Assembly: GCA_012295275.1 (NCBI GenBank) | Contig: CM022667.1 | Coordinates: 744,001 to 808,000 of the forward strand | Length of the DNA stretch: 64,000 bases | Direction of reading: 5' to 3' | Source of the DNA: Chrysomallon squamiferum | Taxonomy: Eukaryota; Animalia; Mollusca | Shown: one piece after another, positions 58,261 through 64,000 of the stretch | Position numbering within the stretch: the first letter of the stretch is position 1 | How the letters are laid out: each line of letters opens with the position of its first letter | The notes under the pieces: model-generated | The model's input: the letters and a program-made list of their open reading frames with translations, nothing else | Told to the model about the DNA's origin: nothing | Database searches by the model: none | Program-made: the position numbers and the translations under genes

Positions 58261-58534
58261 TTTATTTTTATTTTGTTTATTTTTATTATTCCAATTTAAT
58301 TTTTTATTATTTGTTTACTAAATTTACTTCCAAAACTTATCCATTCTTCAAATATTACCTGAAATAAAATATATTAAATAATTATTTTCATCATCATCTT
58401 CTTCTTCTTCATCTTACTTGTTATTTACTTATTATTATTTGTTTTACTAAATTTACTTGAAAAGATTTATCCAGTCTTTAAGCTATTATTAGAAACAAAT
58501 TATATTAAAGAATTATTATTTGTTTTATTTCCAG

Positions 58535-58687
58535 TGGCTTGTCCAGCAGGAACCTACCTGAATGTGACAAGAGAGAAGTGTGTTCTGTGTTCCCGTGGTT
58601 ACTACCAGGAACTCAAAATGCAGACAGAGTGCAATATGTGTTCTGAAGGATTCACCAAAGAGGAGGGTGCCATAACTGTAAAACAAT
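58535..58687 (+). CDS. Exon 23: GCC2/GCC3 (Ephrin_rec_like) domain
   Basis: ttccag|TG...CAAT|gtaagt; VACPAGTYLNVTREKCVLCSRGYYQELKMQTECNMCSEGFTKEEGAITVKQ(C); phase 1->1. Confidence 0.94.
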
Positions 58688-59235
58688 GTAAGTAGTTGAG
58701 TCGTAACTGTAGAACAGTGTGAGTAGTTGAGTGGTAACTGTAAAACAGTGTAAGTATTTGAGTCGTAACTGTAAAACAGTGCGAGTAGTTGAGTCGTAAC
58801 TGTAAAACAGTGTAAGTATTTGAGTCATTTGAGTAGTTGACGTAACTGTAAAACAGTGTAAGTATTTGAGTCGTAACTGTAAAACAGTGTACGTATTTGA
58901 GACATAACTGTAAAACAGTGTAAGTAGTTGAGACATAACTGTAAAAAAATGTATTTGAGTCATAAATGTAAAACAGTGTAAGTAGTTGAGACATAACTGT
59001 AAAAAAATGTAAATAATTTGAGTGTAACTGTAAAATACTGTAAATAGTTGAATCATAATTGTAAAATGGTGTAAATAATTTGAATCACAACTGTAAAATA
59101 ATGAAATAATGAAAACAGTTGAATCATAATTGTAAAATGGAATAAGTAACTTGAATCAAAACTGCTAAAATAACTCAAGTAATTTTGGTCATAATTTTAA
59201 AATAATATTAGTAATTTGAGCCATAACTGTAAGCT
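58671..59235. repeat. 31-bp minisatellite overlapping the exon 23 3' end and donor
   Basis: Unit cgtaactgtaaaacagtgtaagtatttgagt; the first copy spans the exon end and donor. Confidence 0.93.
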
Positions 59236-59366
59236 GGTTCAAGTAACCGAGTCTTCCCAGTAAAAACATTGAAATGAAGTTTAAAAAAAAAAAAAATCAA
59301 TCTGTATTATTGAGATTATTTTAAAAAAAAAATAATTTACCTGCATTACTAATAACTGTATTTCAG

Positions 59367-60433
59367 GTGTGACATTCCCATCGATTGACGAGATGAGCAA
59401 GTTTCTCATTATAACAGCCTGCACCTTCGGCTTCGTCTTCCTCTGCATGGTGATCTTCATGTACACCCAGTACAGGAGACAGCAGAAACAAGCTCAGAAA
59501 AGCCTCATGCTGTCCAACTCCTCCCGCTACATGACCCCCAACGTCTATGTCGCGCCGCCGCCGATGCCCAAGTCAAAGAACATGTTCGACGAGCCTCGCG
59601 ACTACATCGGCTCCCACGACTACGAAGACATCGACGGAACGATAAACAAGTCAAACTTTGACGGGTTTTATCGCCTGCCTCGAGTTCACAGGGATTCTCT
59701 GAATTCGTTTAAAACTGCCAGCGACATAATTTATCGAATTCCACCGTCACCTTCGCCCAGGGAGTCGACGTGCACCAACTCGTTCAAGACGTCGGACGAC
59801 ACACTGATTCCCAATTCTCCGATGGAATCGGCCAAATCGTTCAAGCTGTCCAACGACGGCTTCTACAACTACAAACCTCCGATGTCGCCGAGGACGTCAT
59901 CAACAGCGAACAATTCTTTCCGATCGTCGCCCGATTCCCCGTACAAGAGCCCCCAGTCGGCACGGGAGAACTACATGGGTCACGCCCCCCACCGGTTCCG
60001 ATCTCCACCGGAGTCTCCTTACAGGAGTCCGCGCATGCAGCGGGCTTTCCAGAATACTTTCAATGCTCCAGACGAGATGTCCAATTCTCCGACCTTCAGG
60101 AACGGTCTCGAGGACAACCAGAGTCCAAGGATTCTTCGAGAAACGCAAGCGTCGTTCAAAGCTCTGTCGGATCCGAACTATCGCAGCCCGGTCTTGCCGC
60201 GAGACGCCCAGAACTCCTTCAAGCCCCTGAGCGATTCCCTCTACAAGAGGCCTCCTTCTCCTATCTCTCCTTCGTCGTCGGGAAGAGTGTCGAGTGAATC
60301 CTTGCACCGAGCTCCTTCCACTCCTAGATCTTCGCCTAACGCTTCGCGAGCTCGTTTGGAACTGATGTTCCGAACCCCACCGTCATCGAGAACAAAGAAG
60401 ATCACAGAAAACAACTGTTATGAATATGAATAA
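59367..60433 (+). CDS. Exon 24 (terminal): TM helix + Ser/Pro-rich cytoplasmic tail
   Basis: tttcag|GT completes the last GCC Cys; TM FLIITACTFGFVFLCMVIFMY (59402-59464) followed by YRRQQK; 354-aa ORF ending ...NCYEYE TAA. Confidence 0.95.
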
Positions 60434-60490
60434 AAGAAATTTGACATTCAGAGCCTTACAGAAAGAAGAACAAAATGGAAAACATTAATA

Positions 60491-60498
60491 GAATAAAT
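60491..60498 (+). terminator. Candidate polyadenylation signal AATAAA (another overlaps the stop codon)
   Basis: AATAAA about 60 nt after the stop. This is weak evidence in AT-rich DNA, and the true 3' end is unknown. Confidence 0.25.
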
Positions 60499-61266
60499 AG
60501 GCTTATTCACAAAACCTATAGTTTTCTTCCAAAGTCAGAACTGACAAGATTTAAATGGCAGAATTCAAAAAGGCAATAACTGTGATCATTCACAGAGGGG
60601 ACAGGAAGTCTATGGAAACTGAATGGATGTAGAGCTGTGTTGTTATTGAGTATTTTTTTAACATCTAGGATCTTGTTTTTATTTAGTAAGGAATTTTCAT
60701 TATGCTCCATATATTAATTTCCATTGCTATGGGTATTTAAGTTCTTGAATCCATACTGTGTTTGTCTCCATTTTATTTAATAAGGAGTTTTAATAATAAT
60801 ATTGTGTAACGAGGCTAAAACAACTCATTTTTTACCTCTAGGAATATTATTCAGCATACACAACCATTTATTAACTGATGTATGGCTTTTATCTACTAGA
60901 GATGTTTTGTGTTATGAAGGTGTTAGATAATTTAAAAAATCACACACAAAAATAAACCCCAGACTTCTAACTGTTTTTGATCAATAAAAAAAAATAAAAC
61001 CAGTGCGTAGACAAAATGATTGTTTGAATTTTTTGATAAAGCACAAAATATGGATGAAAGTAAGGTTCTGAGAAATGAAGAATTTTAAATATTTGTATTT
61101 CATTTGTATTATTATTAGTTATAATTTTAATTTTAATTTTCCATCTGGATCTTTCTTAATTATTGTTATTACTGATATTTAATGTCTTTTTGTCATTTAT
61201 ATTTTAAAGAATATTTTTTTTTTCTTTTCTTTTTTAAAAGAATATATGTATATTACTACCATATAG

Positions 61267-61304
<38 letters not shown>

Positions 61305-61759
61305 TTTAACCCAGAATCTTAATTTACATTATTTTCATTTGTGCCAAATAATATTCAATAAATTAGCAATTTTTTTAATCATTCATTTTAATTAACATCT
61401 GTTAAATTATTCTAGCTTCCTCATTTAGGACCATTTTGTGCCAAATTTGAAGTTTTTTGTTTTTTTGAACACATAATTAGTTAATACAGTTCTTTGTGAT
61501 TTTGCACAGAATTTTGTTGTTGGTTCTTATTCATTTCTAGTCTTTACTCATCATCCTCATAGGATCTGAATGTACATTTTGTGCTGTTACATATTTTCTA
61601 GTATTTAATAAGTCACATGTGTTGTGTGTATATTGTCTGTAATCTGTGATTTGTGTTTGCCTAGTATTGTCAAATGAACTTGTTTTAATAATGTAATGAA
61701 GAGTTGGATTTTGAGTTGATTTAATTAAATGCAGACTGAATTTGAGCTCAACAAAGAAA

Positions 61760-62045
61760 AAATAAATTGGATTTGAGCTATTTAATTATAAATAAATGGT
61801 ATTAAAGCTATTACAAATAAGTGGGATTAAAGCAATTTTAATTACAAATAAATGGGATTTAAACTTTTTTAATTACAAAAATGGGATTGAAGCTATTTTA
61901 ATTAAAATATGTTAGATTCAAGCTATTTTAATTATAAATAAATGGGATTCAAGCTATTTTAATTACAAATAAATGGGGTTCAAGCTATTTCAATTTCAGA
62001 TAAATGGGATTCAAGCTATTTTAATTATGAATAAATGGGATTTGA
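61760..62045. repeat. 31-bp minisatellite (aatgggattcaagctattttaattacaaata)
   Basis: About 9 copies. Confidence 0.9.
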
Positions 62046-62469
62046 ATGTGTAACTGTAGACATATTTACCTCAGAATCCATAATTATATTATCTTTATTG
62101 TAATGTTGAGTATTGCTGTTAACCAAAATGACTGACTAGAATGTATATAATTACTGTTTGATATTAAATCAGAAAATTATTTTAACAGTTGTATAAAATT
62201 GTTAACTAATAAGAATGTATTTTAAAAACCAGTTCCCTCATCAGTTCATTTTTCCAGTGGAGTCTGCACAGAATATATTTATGATGGTAATTACAAAACT
62301 GGATATCAGTAGTTTGTTTAAATAGAATTTTAAAAATTGTTGTTTTAAATTTTTATTCAGTAATATTTAAGGAATTATATTATTTGAAAATACTTGCCTT
62401 AAATAATTATTAGAAGTCCTTCTTTTGGTCCACTGTAGACTGAATGCATTGAATTATATGTTACATTGT

Positions 62470-63445
62470 AGCAGTCCTTTCTAGGATCCACATCCAAGTA
62501 GCTGGTCCATATTTTAATTATTTCTAGGATCCATATCAAACTGGATATCTTATGTTTTAGCTGCCCATTCTAGGATCCATATCAAAATGGATGTTTTACA
62601 TCAGCACCTTTCTAGGATCCATATCAAACTGGATCTTTTATGTTTTAGCTGCCCATTCTAGGATCCATATCAAAATGGATGTTTTACATCAGCACCTTTC
62701 TAGGATCCATATCAAACTGGATATTTTATATTTTAGCTGCCCATTCTAGGATCCATATCAAAATGGATGTTCAGTATCTCAGTAGACTGTTCAAAATGGA
62801 TGTTCAGTATCTTAGTAGACTATTCTAAGATCCATATTACAGTGGATATTTTTTGTTGTAGCTATCCCTTCTAGGATCCACATCAAAGTGGATGTTTTAT
62901 ATTACAACCATCCATTCTAGGATCCATATCCAAATGTATGTTCTATGTTTTAGCAATTGCTTCCAGGATCCATATCAAACTAGGTGTTTTATCTTTTAGC
63001 AGTGCTTTTTGGAATATTTTTCAAACTGGATGTTTTATGTTTTAGCAGTCATTTCTAGGATCCATATTGAAGTGGATGTTTTATGTTGCAGCAGTTAATT
63101 GTATAAAATGGGATATTTTATGTTTTAACAGTCTCTTCTAGAATCTGTATAAAATTGGATGCTTTATGTTTTAACTTTTTCCTCTAGAATCTGTATAAAA
63201 TTGGATGTTTTATGTTTTAACTTTTCCCTCTAGAATCTGTATAAAACTGGATGTTTTGTTTTAACAATCTCTTCTAGAATCTGTATAAAATTGGATGTTT
63301 TATGTTTTAACTTTTCCCTCTAGAATCTGTATAAAACTGGATGTTTTATGTTTTAACAGTTCCCTCTAGAATCTGTATAAAACTGGATGTTTTATGTTTT
63401 AACAGTTCCTTCTAGAATCTGTATAAAATTGAATGTTTTATGTTG
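62470..63445. repeat. ~43-bp minisatellite (ttctaggatccatatcaaa.tggat... grading into tctagaatctgtataaaa.tggatg)
   Basis: About 22 copies with a progressive change in unit sequence along the array. Confidence 0.9.
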
Positions 63446-64000
63446 TAGTTGGTATAAATGTCAGTGTTACATGTATTACGATGTTTTATATTGTGTACAA
63501 CTGGGCAATATTTATACATATTCAGCATTAAATATAGATGTAATTACGAGTATTAATATGTCTTACTATGTACAAATTTGTATTTCATATCATTTTTTCA
63601 ATGGTTTTTTTTTTTTTTTTTACATTTGATTTTAACATTTTTCATTGGATTTTATTTTTATTTCTTTACAGATTCTTTTTATAATGATTTAGTTTATATT
63701 CCTTCTCATGTTTAAACTGTCCTGGATTTTGTATCATAATTTTAATTTCTTGAGTACCTTTAGTGATCACCATAGCTAAAACTGGGCCTTGTAGATTGAA
63801 CATAAATACATAACTTCAGAAAAGTTTAAGTATTTTCTGCAGTCAAGAAATATTAGGTAAAATCATATATTGCTAACATTAAAATTGTCTGTTAACATAA
63901 AAAATAAATAAATAAGTAACTAAATAAATTAATTAAAATATAAAAATAATAAAGGTAAATAAAATAAAAATAAATAATTTAATTACAAAAATATTTTTTT

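Noticed and set aside
58602-59056. 130-134-aa minus-strand ORFs
   Set aside because: They are translations of the 31-bp minisatellite.
59770-60307. Overlapping 175-aa (+) and 135-aa (-) ORFs within the terminal exon
   Set aside because: They are shadow ORFs expected in a GC-rich coding exon, with no recognisable motifs or independent splice/start signals.

Overview
AT-rich, microsatellite- and minisatellite-laden eukaryotic (animal) genomic DNA. It is probably an invertebrate such as a mollusc; this is inferred from composition and V-SINE-like relics. The window holds the 3' part of one large plus-strand spliced gene. I traced 24 GT-AG exons by hand (4405-60433, about 5.2 kb CDS, about 1,725 codons); the N-terminus lies upstream of the window. 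The product is a type I membrane receptor with an unusual chimeric architecture: three LRP-type YWTD beta-propeller/EGF modules, an extra EGF, an Eph-like Cys-rich module, a Thr-rich stalk, two HYR domains, a Cys-containing region with polybasic (furin-type) sites, a GCC2/GCC3 (Ephrin_rec_like) module, one TM helix, and a ~320-aa Ser/Pro-rich tail. The tail is built from ~8 degenerate repeats and carries nine YxxP motifs but no NPxY. The model has three defects: exons lost around a 200-N gap, a phase break with two propeller blades missing where no gap is marked, and a 1-nt frameshift in exon 21. One intron is ~32.9 kb, whereas the others are 0.5-1.6 kb. It contains non-repetitive islands with RFX X-box and TGATTGAT motifs, stem-loops and orphan exon-like segments. 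Almost all other ORFs in the supplied track are simple-repeat artefacts.
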